Shown: positions 44,635 to 54,750, counted from the stretch's first letter. The stretch is 64,000 nt of DNA from Clostridium sp. CAG:510 (GCA_000434615.1 FR880848.1:39429-103428); one strand, 5' to 3'. Program-made: numbers and translations. Notes: a model not told the origin generated them from the sequence alone.

Positions 44635-46602
44635 TTATTTGTTCTTTATATATAATCTGTAATTATACTTGCTTCCTTCTTCGTAGTAAAGGTCGGCCGT
44701 ACATGTATAATTTTTCAGAAAATACTCTTCCTTCCACGTATTGTTTCCAAAATAATAGGAAAGCGTATTCAAGGAATCGTCATTTACAAAAATACTGTCC
44801 GATTCTTCTATAAGATTAAAAATATAATCTACACATACCTGATTGGAGTACAGGATATCCGGCATATCCATTCCGAAATAACCCGTATTCCAGCCAAGAT
44901 AACTGTAAATTTCATCTATTCCCTCACCAAAGCCAACGGTATCTGCCGGTACTGCTTTTTTTACCTGCTCCGCAAATTGCTCGATTTTTTCCATATTTCT
45001 CTGTGATACATATGATTTCTGCTGCGCGATAAGTCTGACTGGAAATACAATTGCCATCATCAGCAGAACCGTTGCTATCCACGAAAACAATACACGATAA
45101 ATTCTATCCTTGGATTTTCCGGTTTTTTCCGCAATCCATCCCATTAAAATACCCATAACCGGTATAACTATGTACAGGCAATTTTGAGAAGCACGGTTGA
45201 CATAATACACCATCTGAATAGCAACCAGAATAATAGCCGCCGTCAAAATTTCTGTCTGGGAATCTGCCGTATTCTCAAAAAAACATCTTTTCATAACATA
45301 AGCCGTACATATAAGAATGATTGCAAGACATCCCATCCACGGGCTAAGCTGCACCGGCAGATTTACATACAGCAAATCTATGAAGTCCTGTTCGCTTCCC
45401 ACAAGTGGAAACAAAAAAGTCTTTATTGTCAGAAATTGACCTCCCGTCAAAAGGTTATAGGCTCCTACCATTCCATAGGCTCCCAGAAAAGACACTGGTA
45501 TTATGAAAAGTGCCCCCAAGCTGTGCAGCCACCATGTTTTCTGTATTATTTTCCATTTGCGGCACAATGCTGCAATGTAACCTCCCACAAATGCAAGCGT
45601 TACGGCAATTCCCGTTTCCACGTTCCATACGATGGAAAGAATGCATAATATAGTTCCTATAGCCACATACCAGCTATTATTCTTTTTATGTTTCGTTCCC
45701 CAGACGATATAAGCCAAAATAATTCCGCCAAAAAGAATACGGTGAGGAAACATTTGGCAATATATGGCAGTTCTTTCCCATACTACAAAAGAAGAAAGAC
45801 TGACTGCCGTCACAACCTTTATCCATGTGTGGGAAAAAAGACTGTCTACTACATAAAAACAACATGCTAATGTAACTCCGTCCAAAATTGCAAGCAGGGC
45901 AATAACCTTATCATAAGACACTCCCATGACTCTGGTAAACGGTAGCAAAAGCATACCGTAAAATCCATAAATACCGCTGTTTATCTCACTATAGGGCTGT
46001 AACTGATATATTTTATAAATAGAGTGATAATACGCATCAAAGTGAAACAAGTCTCCGTCAAATACATTGCCCCTGTAAAAAGCCCATACCGAAATGCCAA
46101 TCAGTGCAGCATATAATCCCATCATCAGAATAGACTTTTTATTCTTGTTTTCTCTCTGTCCGGCCTTATAAAAAAGCACTGCCATTGCTATAGCCATTAT
46201 AAGCAGCAATGCCTGAATAACGCGAGTCACTGTGTTTTGCGGAAAATAACCGTTAACGGTTCCCCAGATATACGGTTTTATAAAAATCCAGACAGTTACC
46301 GTTCCCAACATAAGAAACAGAAAACAGGAAACCCATTTTTCATTTATTTTGATGTAGAAATCATCAGGAACCACGTTCTCGTACACAGCATAGCTGATGC
46401 ATGCAATCAGTATGGCAATCACATAATACGCTATGTTTTTGCTTGATTTGTTCAACAGTTCTGTCCCGAGCGCCACTATCCCCCAAATAATTTCCAATAT
46501 CATCAATATGATACCATATACCAAATATCTAAAACTTTTTTTACTCATGTCCATTCCCTCATCATAGCTAAAACCATAAAATATCCTTTTTACTTTTCTC
46601 AT
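44635..46602 (-). CDS. Large polytopic membrane protein, GT-C-like glycosyltransferase candidate
   Basis: 655 aa (about 639 aa if it starts at the internal MDMSKK). A DD motif lies in the first external loop (VVPDDFYIK). A C-terminal soluble domain is present. Confidence 0.5.
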   Translation of the reverse strand: MRKVKRIFYGFSYDEGMDMSKKSFRYLVYGIILMILEIIWGIVALGTELLNKSSKNIAYYVIAILIACISYAVYENVVPDDFYIKINEKWVSCFLFLMLGTVTVWIFIKPYIWGTVNGYFPQNTVTRVIQALLLIMAIAMAVLFYKAGQRENKNKKSILMMGLYAALIGISVWAFYRGNVFDGDLFHFDAYYHSIYKIYQLQPYSEINSGIYGFYGMLLLPFTRVMGVSYDKVIALLAILDGVTLACCFYVVDSLFSHTWIKVVTAVSLSSFVVWERTAIYCQMFPHRILFGGIILAYIVWGTKHKKNNSWYVAIGTILCILSIVWNVETGIAVTLAFVGGYIAALCRKWKIIQKTWWLHSLGALFIIPVSFLGAYGMVGAYNLLTGGQFLTIKTFLFPLVGSEQDFIDLLYVNLPVQLSPWMGCLAIILICTAYVMKRCFFENTADSQTEILTAAIILVAIQMVYYVNRASQNCLYIVIPVMGILMGWIAEKTGKSKDRIYRVLFSWIATVLLMMAIVFPVRLIAQQKSYVSQRNMEKIEQFAEQVKKAVPADTVGFGEGIDEIYSYLGWNTGYFGMDMPDILYSNQVCVDYIFNLIEESDSIFVNDDSLNTLSYYFGNNTWKEEYFLKNYTCTADLYYEEGSKYNYRLYIKNK

Positions 46603-47948
46603 TGTTTATTTTTCAAAATATGATACGTTTCCCTGAGCATCAGGTACATGGCAATGTACACAAAGGGCATATTGTAAATCATGTACCGGGTCTGGGCAAA
46701 AATCAGCACGCCCACCACCGCTACATTGATAAGGGTGGAAAGCAGCACTAAGAATGCAAACCAGAATGCCGTCTGCTTTTTCTGTTTTCCCATTACAACT
46801 AAAAGCCCTATATAAACCGCACCGAATAAAACGTTATACCATACAAGCAGCGGATGTGCCTTAGAAACCGTATTGCACAATCCCACCAGCATATTGTCCC
46901 CCGCTACCTGCAGTACCTTGAACAATCTATGGGACATAAGGGCGGAAATCATGGCGCTGTTTATATCGTCAAAAGCCAGTTCCCTCTCTTCTTTTTCATA
47001 AGAAAAGTTCTCATCGATATACGCATAAAACGAAGGATTTACAATGCCGAATGCCAGTAAATCGTAGTGGTCGGAATAATGGTTGTAACGGGACAGCCAG
47101 TTGCCTTCGGCGGCTTTGTAGGTATAACCCTTCTCCTCCGCCTCCGTCATAATATCGGTAAAGAGCTGTCTTAAGCCCCCGTCTTCCAGATATTCTGCGT
47201 CCTCCATGCCGGAGCTGTAAAAAAGCGTAATAACCATGGCGGAAGAATCCGAAGTATGGCGCATGGCGGTACCCCTCAGGCTGAAATTATACAGTACATC
47301 CAGTCCAAATGCCAGAAAAACAGCAAGAATCACACTGCCCCATGCCAGAAGCATTTTCTTTACCGGTATCTTCTGCGCCGTCCACAGAAAGAAATAAAGG
47401 GCGCCCATAATAAGCACAACAATATACATCTGCTTTCTGGTGCTGATAAGCAGCGCACCGATAAGCATGCTTGTGATAAGTCTGCTGTTTTTATAATCTG
47501 TACTGTAAGCAGACAATTCGGTCAGAAGCAGGGTAAACAGCGGAATGGCAATCCCTTCCGAACAGATTTCATTGCAGTAAGTGGCATGTCTTGCAGCCAC
47601 CACACGGCATAAGAATACCACTGCCGTCTGAAAGAACACCAGCACACATGCCGAAAATACACCGCCCTGTACTTTTTCGCATACCGTTTTTGTCAGTGCA
47701 TACATAGACACCGCCCACAAAAGGCACTGTACAAAAACCACTGCCTTGAAATAAAATCCCGCTCCGAAAAGCAGGCGGAAAAAGGCCAGAAACAGCGGAT
47801 AAAACGGCTCTCTTCCGTAAGTAAAATCAATATAGCTCTGGGAATCCGCCGATAGGTTCACGCCGTCTAAAAAAAACAAAAAAAGATAAAACAGAAGGCA
47901 GAAGGCGGGGAGCAATATCTCGGGTAATACTGTCTTTTTCTTTGTCAT
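46599..47948 (-). CDS. Polytopic membrane protein of unknown function, GT-C-like candidate
   Basis: 449 aa. The N-terminal half has TM helices, then a roughly 130-aa soluble loop, then C-terminal TM helices. 4-nt overlaps on both sides. Confidence 0.5.
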   Translation of the reverse strand: MTKKKTVLPEILLPAFCLLFYLFLFFLDGVNLSADSQSYIDFTYGREPFYPLFLAFFRLLFGAGFYFKAVVFVQCLLWAVSMYALTKTVCEKVQGGVFSACVLVFFQTAVVFLCRVVAARHATYCNEICSEGIAIPLFTLLLTELSAYSTDYKNSRLITSMLIGALLISTRKQMYIVVLIMGALYFFLWTAQKIPVKKMLLAWGSVILAVFLAFGLDVLYNFSLRGTAMRHTSDSSAMVITLFYSSGMEDAEYLEDGGLRQLFTDIMTEAEEKGYTYKAAEGNWLSRYNHYSDHYDLLAFGIVNPSFYAYIDENFSYEKEERELAFDDINSAMISALMSHRLFKVLQVAGDNMLVGLCNTVSKAHPLLVWYNVLFGAVYIGLLVVMGKQKKQTAFWFAFLVLLSTLINVAVVGVLIFAQTRYMIYNMPFVYIAMYLMLRETYHILKNKQ

Positions 47949-48883
47949 ACTCTGTTTTCCTTTTTTTGTCTGTGTACCTGATTTAACTGAAACTCAAAGT
48001 CCCTCCGGTTTTTCTTGGCAAGATCGGAAAGAATCATGCCCGAGAAAAATGCCTGTACCGCCGCCAGTTCAATAAAGCAGGATACAAACAGAGTGGGGAA
48101 ATGATTGACCAGACCGATGCGTAAGAACTCAACGAAAACCGGAATAAACATGGCCACCGCCACTACGGTAAGAATTGCCGCAAGCAGGGTAAAAAAGCCA
48201 AACGGCTTGTAGTTTTTGTATAACTGCACAATGGTTTTCAATACCTTAAAGCCGTCGGAATAGGTGCTCAATTTGGACACGCTTCCCTCCGGTCTGTCAC
48301 GGTAGTCCACCACGATATTTTCCAACTGCATGTTGTTATACACCGCATGGATGGTCATTTCCGTTTCGATTTCAAAGCCCTTTGACAAGACCGGAAATGT
48401 CTTTACAAATTCATAGCTGAATGCCCGGTAGCCGGTCATAATATCCCGGATATTGCAGGCAAAAAGCCGGTTGATAACCCCTCTCACCAGAGAGTTCCCC
48501 AGATTGTGAAAGGGTCTTTTGTTCTCCTGAAAATAAGTGGAAGAAAGCCTGTCCCCCACTACCATGTCTGCATTTTTCTTTAAAACGGCATCCACCATTT
48601 CCCGGGCATTGTTCAGAGGATAGGTATCGTCCCCATCCACCATGATATAGCATTCTGCCTCGATTTCCCTAAACATCCTTCGGATGACATTTCCTTTTCC
48701 CTGCTGGTATTCATAGCGCACCACAGCACCGGCTTCCCTTGCAATTTCATCCGTACCGTCCACGGAATTGTTGTCATATACATAAACAACTGCTTCCGGG
48801 AGTGCCGCTTTCGCATCCTCCACTACCTTTTTAATTGTCTGTGCTTCATTATAACAGGGAATCAGTACCGCTATTTTATCCAT
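47945..48883 (-). CDS. GT2 polyprenyl-phosphate sugar synthase (GtrB-like), the third copy
   Basis: MDKIAVLIPCYNEAQTI...VYDNNSVDGT...MVDGDD... with two C-terminal TM helices. The ATG at 48883 has a gggaga RBS; the track ORF starts 16 codons earlier. Confidence 0.75.
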   Translation of the reverse strand: MDKIAVLIPCYNEAQTIKKVVEDAKAALPEAVVYVYDNNSVDGTDEIAREAGAVVRYEYQQGKGNVIRRMFREIEAECYIMVDGDDTYPLNNAREMVDAVLKKNADMVVGDRLSSTYFQENKRPFHNLGNSLVRGVINRLFACNIRDIMTGYRAFSYEFVKTFPVLSKGFEIETEMTIHAVYNNMQLENIVVDYRDRPEGSVSKLSTYSDGFKVLKTIVQLYKNYKPFGFFTLLAAILTVVAVAMFIPVFVEFLRIGLVNHFPTLFVSCFIELAAVQAFFSGMILSDLAKKNRRDFEFQLNQVHRQKKENRV

Positions 48884-48903
48884 TATAATCTCCCAATCTG
48901 TCT

Positions 48904-49725
48904 TTATTTTCTGAGCACCCATTTCAGCCATATACCGTAGGCGGCGGAGCGGCCTTTCCTGAGTGCCTTGGACAGAAACTGTCCCACCTTTCCGATGGAA
49001 AGCCTGTCTGCATTTTTACGGAGCAGATATACATGCTCCTCAAAGTATGCCTTTTTCTCTTTCGACATGACCTTTCCGGTGTTGGAATCTTCCCGGAGCA
49101 TAAAATAATTCAGCTTCTCCTTTAAGACGTCTACTTTGCCAAAGGGCGCCATGGACATCCAGAGATCAAAATCCAGAATGTAGCGGTATGCCGGATCGAA
49201 ACCACCCGCCTTTTCAAAAACACTCTTGCGGAACATGACCGCACAGGGCATTCCGAAATAGTTGTTGTAAATCATGGACTTCCGCGCCAGTTTTTTTCCG
49301 TCCTGTATGCCTTTTTTCGGATACCTTCCGAAAATACCCAGCTTTTTTCCCTCCCGGTTAATCATGATGCTGTCATTGATTGTCATCACTATGTCCGGAT
49401 CTTTCTGCATAGCTTTGCTTTCCATTTCAATGCTTTCCGGCACCAGTCTGTCGTCTGCACAGATTAACTTGATATATTCGCCTTTTGCCAGTTCCACACA
49501 ACGGTTCCAGTTGCCCGCCATACCAAGATTTTTTTCATTCCGGTAAAGGTGTATTCTGTCGTCCTTTATACTCTCCACAATCGCCGCCGTACTATCCGTG
49601 GATGCATCGTCCACCACGACAATCTCTATATTTTTATAAGTCTGCTCTAACAGACTTTCCAGTGTTCCTTTAATATCCTTTTCGTTGTTATAAGCCGGAA
49701 TACAGATACTTACCAGGTCAGTCAT
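48904..49725 (-). CDS. GT2 glycosyltransferase
   Basis: VSICIPAYNNEKDI...VVVDDASTDST...ICADDR. Confidence 0.7.
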   Translation of the reverse strand: MTDLVSICIPAYNNEKDIKGTLESLLEQTYKNIEIVVVDDASTDSTAAIVESIKDDRIHLYRNEKNLGMAGNWNRCVELAKGEYIKLICADDRLVPESIEMESKAMQKDPDIVMTINDSIMINREGKKLGIFGRYPKKGIQDGKKLARKSMIYNNYFGMPCAVMFRKSVFEKAGGFDPAYRYILDFDLWMSMAPFGKVDVLKEKLNYFMLREDSNTGKVMSKEKKAYFEEHVYLLRKNADRLSIGKVGQFLSKALRKGRSAAYGIWLKWVLRK

Positions 49726-49759
49726 GTTTGCTCCCTTTCTTCTGCTTATATTCCATTAA

Positions 49760-49788
49760 AATATAGCATAATCCCTACCTACCGTCAA
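49760..49788 (-). promoter_or_regulatory. Putative internal promoter ahead of the GT2 gene at 48904-49725
   Basis: Read on the minus strand: TTGACG, a 17-nt spacer, then TATATT. It overlaps the stop of the upstream GT4 gene. Confidence 0.45.
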
Positions 49789-50942
49789 ATCATGCGAAGC
49801 AGGCTGTCCGTATAGGCCTGCACGGAAAAATCTTCCGCTCTTTTTAAGGATGCTGCTTTTCTTTCCGCAAGCTTCTCCGGTTCTGTAAGCACTTTTACCA
49901 TCTGTTCCGCCATAATTTCCTCTTCTTTTTCAATGACAGAGGCATCTAAATTTTTTTCCGGACAAATGACCGGCAGAAGCACGCCGTATTCGCCCTCAAT
50001 AACGGTATGCCCGTCCCCGCCTTTCCGGTAATCGTCTAAGAATATCTCCGCGGGACCGGTTTTGCAGTTTACCGACATAGCAGGAATCCCTACCGCCATG
50101 GCCTCTATCAGGGAATTGGGAAAGCCCTCGCTGACGGATGTCATCACAAAAAGGGAAGCCTGTTTTAAATAGGCAAAGGGATTTTTCTGTACGCCGGTAA
50201 ACCAGACGTCCTGCTCCACCTGCAAATCCTCTGCCAGCTTCCGGTACTCCGCAAAGGTGCCCTCACCCACAATCATGAGCTTCAGCGCCGGAATTTTCTT
50301 TTTTGCCAGGGCAAATGCCTTGAGCAGGTGCCAGAATCCCTTGACATCGTGCTCTCGTCCCATGGCTGCCACAACCGGTGCACCTTCGTCAAAAAACTTC
50401 TGACTGTCCGCCGGCAGAGGCTCTTTTGCCAGCCTCCGGATACTTTCCACATCGCAGGGATTGTATACACAGACCACGTCCTTTGCCCCAAACTGTGTCT
50501 TCACATCATCCGCCATGACCTTGGAGCAGCAGATGACCCGATCCGCTCTCCTGCACAGCCGCTTCATGCTGTTTTTGTCCTGCAGGGCACCGTAGCCGCG
50601 GATACCCACCCAGATTTTATCCTTTACTCCCGTAAGGACATTCGCCAGATTGGCGGTGGGTCCGAAACTGTATGTGATTTCTATGTTCCGTTCTCTTTTT
50701 ATTTTTTTAATGGCACGGATACGTTTGCACAGATTTACGGCTTTTCCGACTTTTCCCGGCGCGCTTCCCAGATTCAGGTCAATCATGTCCACGCCTTCCA
50801 CGTCATAAATCATGCCCTTTGTGCTGAATACCACAAGTGTCAGGTGACAGTGGGGTGTAAGCAGCTTTGCCGTCATGGCGCAGATTCGTTCCAGCCCGCC
50901 CTGGTCTAAAAGCGGTACCATAAGCATCACATTTCTTTCCAC
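49785..50942 (-). CDS. GT4 glycosyltransferase
   Basis: ...VPLLDQGGLERI..., ...TSVSEGFPNSLIEAMAVGIPAMSVNCKTGPAEI.... The start is ambiguous between GTG 50942 and ATG 50927 (which has a ggaaag RBS). Confidence 0.7.
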   Translation of the reverse strand: MERNVMLMVPLLDQGGLERICAMTAKLLTPHCHLTLVVFSTKGMIYDVEGVDMIDLNLGSAPGKVGKAVNLCKRIRAIKKIKRERNIEITYSFGPTANLANVLTGVKDKIWVGIRGYGALQDKNSMKRLCRRADRVICCSKVMADDVKTQFGAKDVVCVYNPCDVESIRRLAKEPLPADSQKFFDEGAPVVAAMGREHDVKGFWHLLKAFALAKKKIPALKLMIVGEGTFAEYRKLAEDLQVEQDVWFTGVQKNPFAYLKQASLFVMTSVSEGFPNSLIEAMAVGIPAMSVNCKTGPAEIFLDDYRKGGDGHTVIEGEYGVLLPVICPEKNLDASVIEKEEEIMAEQMVKVLTEPEKLAERKAASLKRAEDFSVQAYTDSLLRMI

Positions 50943-50944
50943 TT

Positions 50945-51712
50945 CTATGCCTTGCCCTTTCTTTTCTTCAAAACACCGATTGCCAGCTTTCCGATAAGGG
51001 AAATGCCCTCGTATACATTGTAATAGGTCAGCGTCTCTCCGCCGAATTTGAATTTAAAGGCATCTATTCCGTTGGGATTTTCCAGACTGGAAACGCCTCC
51101 CCAGTCGTACTTTTCCTTTCCCTGTGCTTTCCATAAAAGCATGTCGTCCCAGTGAAGTCTTTTATTGGCTCTTGCCACAAAATTTGCATCCGTGTTTTCG
51201 TCCCGGAAAGCGGATACGGAGTGAAGAAGTCTTACCTCATTTTCTCCCACAATGTACGAATGGAACACCACGGGCTTGCCATCCTTGTAAATGCCGGTCA
51301 AAGCAAACGCATCCGCTTTCAGATACGCAGCAAGCTGGGGACGGTTAAAAACTGCTTTCATTCCTTTTTCCTCATACATCAGCTCATACATATGAGCAAA
51401 TTCTTCCTGTACCCGGCTATTCTCCCGCAGTTCTTTGGATGTAAAATGCCGAAACTCCACCTCTTCCTTGTTATTGCGCCGGATTTCATAGCGCACGTTC
51501 TTGTTAATCCGGCTCTGCAGTTCTTCCTCCGGCAGCAAAAGGTCGCTCATGAGCGTATGGAACATGGTTGCCATTCTGTTTTTTCCGTTATCTTCCTTAT
51601 CCACCGCATGGTAAAAAACAAGGTCGGTTCCCGTAAACTTATGGTTTTCCCCGTCCGGATACCAGACCTGGGTAATGCGTATTCCTTTTTTTCTGTAGGT
51701 TGCCTGTATCAT
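50945..51712 (-). CDS. FemAB-like / Acetyltransf_6 (GNAT-fold) domain protein; a possible aminoacyl or acyl transferase acting on a sugar
   Basis: The C-terminal ...GGVSSLENPNGIDAFKFKFGG... matches the hallmark end of the FemABX/MurM family. About 255 aa. The start is uncertain; the track ORF begins at TTG 51760. Confidence 0.45.
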   Translation of the reverse strand: MIQATYRKKGIRITQVWYPDGENHKFTGTDLVFYHAVDKEDNGKNRMATMFHTLMSDLLLPEEELQSRINKNVRYEIRRNNKEEVEFRHFTSKELRENSRVQEEFAHMYELMYEEKGMKAVFNRPQLAAYLKADAFALTGIYKDGKPVVFHSYIVGENEVRLLHSVSAFRDENTDANFVARANKRLHWDDMLLWKAQGKEKYDWGGVSSLENPNGIDAFKFKFGGETLTYYNVYEGISLIGKLAIGVLKKRKGKA

Positions 51713-51798
51713 ACCTGTCCTAATTCCTTTCGTAACCTGCCTGTTTCGGCCAAGGTACAAATCTTCGTATAATCTGCCTGTCTGTACGGTTTTCCCTG

Positions 51799-52905
51799 TT
51801 ATTTACAGCCGTACAGTTCTTCATATCTTTTTGCCTGTTCCCTGATGGAAAAGCCCGCTGCGTTCACTTCCTCTAAATGGGATTTTCTCTCATAGGGAAG
51901 CATCTGCATGGCGGCTATGGTCCATTCTTCCGCCGTGTCGGCAAGGGACATTCTGTGTACCAATTCCGTAATGTCCACTTCCTTCGTAATAGCATCGGAT
52001 ATCAGACACTTCAGTCCCGAAACCTGCGCCTCTACCACCGTACCGGGCAGGCCCTCGTAAAGGGACGGGAAAATCAAGATATCAAAAGTCTGATAATAGT
52101 CGCTTACTTTGGACTGATTGCCGGTAAAAAGAACCACCTCGGAAAGTCCGAGCTGTTTTGCTTTTTCTTTGATTTCCGGCATCAGCGGGCCTTCCCCGAC
52201 CAGAATAAGGCGTGCCGCCGGATTTCTCTTATAAATTTCCGCAAACACATCCAGCAGAAAAACATGGTTTTTCGGGGTGCGGAAGCTTCCCACATGCCCG
52301 ATAACGAGCCTGCCGGCAAGTCCTAAGCTTTCCCGCATATCTTCCCGTGCCTTAATGTCATACACGTATTTTTCCGTTTCAATGGCATTGGGAATGACCT
52401 GTACTTTTCCCTGCTCCACCCATTTTTTCCCAAATACCGCTTCCCCGGCTTCCTTCGAGCAGGCAAGGCAGTAATCAGCTTTGTGTTTTAAGGAGCGGCG
52501 AAGTATTTTCGTTGTCACACCCTTTATGCCGCCGTCCACACCGGCGCTGCGGGAATGGGCAATGGTAATGGGTATGCCTGCCTTTTTTGCAATGGGCAGG
52601 TAAATAGAAGCCGTGCTGGTCATATGACCGTGTACGGCACGAAATTCCTTATGATGTGAAAAAAACTGCTTCAGCGCTTTTTCATAGCTGAACCAGTTGT
52701 ATACCTTAAAACGAGGGACCCGGTAAATCTTCCCTCCAAGTTTTGTGACTTCTTCTTCAAAATGCTGTTTTTCCGTTGTATGAATCAGAAAATCAAACTG
52801 TATTTTCTCCCTGTCCATATTGCGGTATAAATCCATGATGCGGCTTTCCGCACCGCCTATAGAAAGTCCTCCCAGTACGTGGAGCACCCGAATCGGTTCC
52901 GTCAT
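51799..52905 (-). CDS. GT4 glycosyltransferase
   Basis: IRVLHVLGGLSIGGAESRI... ...PSLYEGLPGTVVEAQVSGLKCLISD. Confidence 0.75.
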   Translation of the reverse strand: MTEPIRVLHVLGGLSIGGAESRIMDLYRNMDREKIQFDFLIHTTEKQHFEEEVTKLGGKIYRVPRFKVYNWFSYEKALKQFFSHHKEFRAVHGHMTSTASIYLPIAKKAGIPITIAHSRSAGVDGGIKGVTTKILRRSLKHKADYCLACSKEAGEAVFGKKWVEQGKVQVIPNAIETEKYVYDIKAREDMRESLGLAGRLVIGHVGSFRTPKNHVFLLDVFAEIYKRNPAARLILVGEGPLMPEIKEKAKQLGLSEVVLFTGNQSKVSDYYQTFDILIFPSLYEGLPGTVVEAQVSGLKCLISDAITKEVDITELVHRMSLADTAEEWTIAAMQMLPYERKSHLEEVNAAGFSIREQAKRYEELYGCK

Positions 52906-52939
52906 AGAGTACGCCTTTCTGTCTGTTTCCGTTCTGCCT

Positions 52940-52999
52940 CTGCACTTTTGCAGGGCTTCCGTCTCTGTATCAACCCTGCACTTTTGCAGGGCTTCCGTC
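52940..52999. repeat. Two direct copies, 36 nt apart, of a palindrome-containing motif in an intergenic region
   Basis: ctgcacttttgcagggcttccgtc(t/c)ctgt occurs twice. Each copy holds a hairpin-forming palindrome (c)cctgca-cttt-tgcaggg. Neither copy is followed by a U-tract. Confidence 0.6.
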
Positions 53000-53029
53000 C
53001 CTGTCCCGGTTTTCTTACCTGACCTTGCC

Positions 53030-53779
53030 TCAGCCCTTCATTTTCACGGCATAATGCTTGAAGGATGCCATAATATATTCTTTGATATGTCCGAAAACAT
53101 TCCGCTTTACCGGCGTTTCCTTCATAAACTCTTCATAGGAAAGAAGCTGTTCCTTGTGTTCTTCAAACAGTTCTTCGTAGTGTTTCATTTCTTCGTCACT
53201 GGTTTCATTGATATGCACCACCATGGTCGTGGTTCCTTCTGACGGCTCTAAACTTTTCTGCATAAGAAAAGAAATCGGATAAAAAGTCATGCCCCTCCAG
53301 AGATAAGGGCCCTTGCCGAAACCATCGGTGATTTTCGTAAAGCCGTTTTCCTTTAAGGCTTTCAAGGTCTTTCCGTCATAGGAATGTGCCGGTGCCATGA
53401 AAATGTCGGTTTCAATGCCGTTTTCGTTTAATATCTGCTTTCCCAAAGCAATCATATTGTTCTGTTTTTCATAGGAAAAACCAGCAAATTCGGAAAAATG
53501 GTTCAGTGGAAAAAGTCCGCCGTGCTTTGTCCCGTACAGATGACGGTATCCGTGCATGGCAAGAACACAGCCTTCTTCTTTTAATTTTTTCATTCTGTCG
53601 AAAAAGTCCGGAACATCTTCCGTTTTATGCAGATGGGCATCCCTGCAGTCCGGAACAATGCCAAGAAGGGGCTTTATGTTGTATTTATCCAGAATGGTCT
53701 TGAAAGCTTCAAACTTTTCCCAGTCCATATCGGGTGTGATGTCATCCATACGCACTGCAATTTTCATTCTAACCACCAT
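53030..53779 (-). CDS. DUF2334-like / polysaccharide-deacetylase-fold protein
   Basis: MKIAVRMDDITPDM...HGYRH... resembles DUF2334 (CE4-like fold). Probable start at MKIAV (ATG 53767). Confidence 0.45.
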   Translation of the reverse strand: MVVRMKIAVRMDDITPDMDWEKFEAFKTILDKYNIKPLLGIVPDCRDAHLHKTEDVPDFFDRMKKLKEEGCVLAMHGYRHLYGTKHGGLFPLNHFSEFAGFSYEKQNNMIALGKQILNENGIETDIFMAPAHSYDGKTLKALKENGFTKITDGFGKGPYLWRGMTFYPISFLMQKSLEPSEGTTTMVVHINETSDEEMKHYEELFEEHKEQLLSYEEFMKETPVKRNVFGHIKEYIMASFKHYAVKMKG

Positions 53780-53806
53780 GCCTTTCCGTAACCTGCGTCC
53801 TATGCC

Positions 53807-54727
53807 TTAAGCAAGTACATCTCCCGCCTGCAGTTCCTTTGCCGACTCATATTTCTTTATGAGCAGGGAACCGTCCACCGTCCGGACAATGGGATGTCCG
53901 TCAAATACATCAATAACTTCTCCGGGCGCATAGGCGGAAAAATCTATCATTTCATCAAAGGGCTGTGCTTCCCACACCGTAACCTTTTCTTCTCCTACGT
54001 AAGCAAAAGCTCCCGGGAAAGGCGCTGCCACGCCGCGGATGAGGTTATAAATCTCTCTGGTTCTGCCGTGGAAATCGATTTTTCCGTCCGCCGCCGTACG
54101 CTTGTTGTACCAGGAGTCAAAATCCTTAGAGTCCGTCCTTACGGATATATTTCCCTCTTTATAAGCCGCAAGCAGCTTCTTTATCAGATTTTTGGAGCAA
54201 ATCATGTTCTTGTACTGCGCCGTGCGGATATCGTCCTGAGGGGTTATGGAAAACATCTCCGTGGCAAATACATTAGGGCTGTCCGCCTTTTCGTCGTAGC
54301 AAAACAGGTTTAAGTTAAACCGGGTATCCCCTAAAATAATGGACCAGTTTAGCGGAGATCGTCCCCTGCCGAAGGGCAGATAACCTGCATTGCCGTGAAA
54401 GCCGTAAATGCCATAAGCAAATCTGTCTAACACCGACTTCGGAATAAGGCGCTGCCAGCCCATGGAAATGCCGATGTCAAATTCGTTCTCTGCGAAGAAT
54501 TTCTGCGTTTTTTCATCCGTCAGAAAATAGCTGTCCGCTTCGTGCACCGGGATGCCGTATTTTTCGGTAAGCCCCGACAATCCCTTATAACCGGACACCT
54601 GGTTTTTCTTCGTCACCTCCGGGCTGATGGTCACCACCAGATCTACCGGACAGATGTGCTCCTGTATGAAATTCACGATGTTTTCAGAGGTATCCTTCAC
54701 TCCGAAAACGACTACTTTATACTTCAT
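53807..54727 (-). CDS. Sugar N-formyltransferase (Fmt/ArnA-N-domain family)
   Basis: MKYKVVVFG...GIYGFHGNAGYLPFGRGRSPLNWSIILGDT fits the formyl_trans_N signature (H...SLLP..RG..P.NW). A C-terminal domain follows. The ATG at 54727 has a gggaga RBS. Confidence 0.65.
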   Translation of the reverse strand: MKYKVVVFGVKDTSENIVNFIQEHICPVDLVVTISPEVTKKNQVSGYKGLSGLTEKYGIPVHEADSYFLTDEKTQKFFAENEFDIGISMGWQRLIPKSVLDRFAYGIYGFHGNAGYLPFGRGRSPLNWSIILGDTRFNLNLFCYDEKADSPNVFATEMFSITPQDDIRTAQYKNMICSKNLIKKLLAAYKEGNISVRTDSKDFDSWYNKRTAADGKIDFHGRTREIYNLIRGVAAPFPGAFAYVGEEKVTVWEAQPFDEMIDFSAYAPGEVIDVFDGHPIVRTVDGSLLIKKYESAKELQAGDVLA

Positions 54728-54750
54728 AGTATCTCCCACTTTGCTATTAC

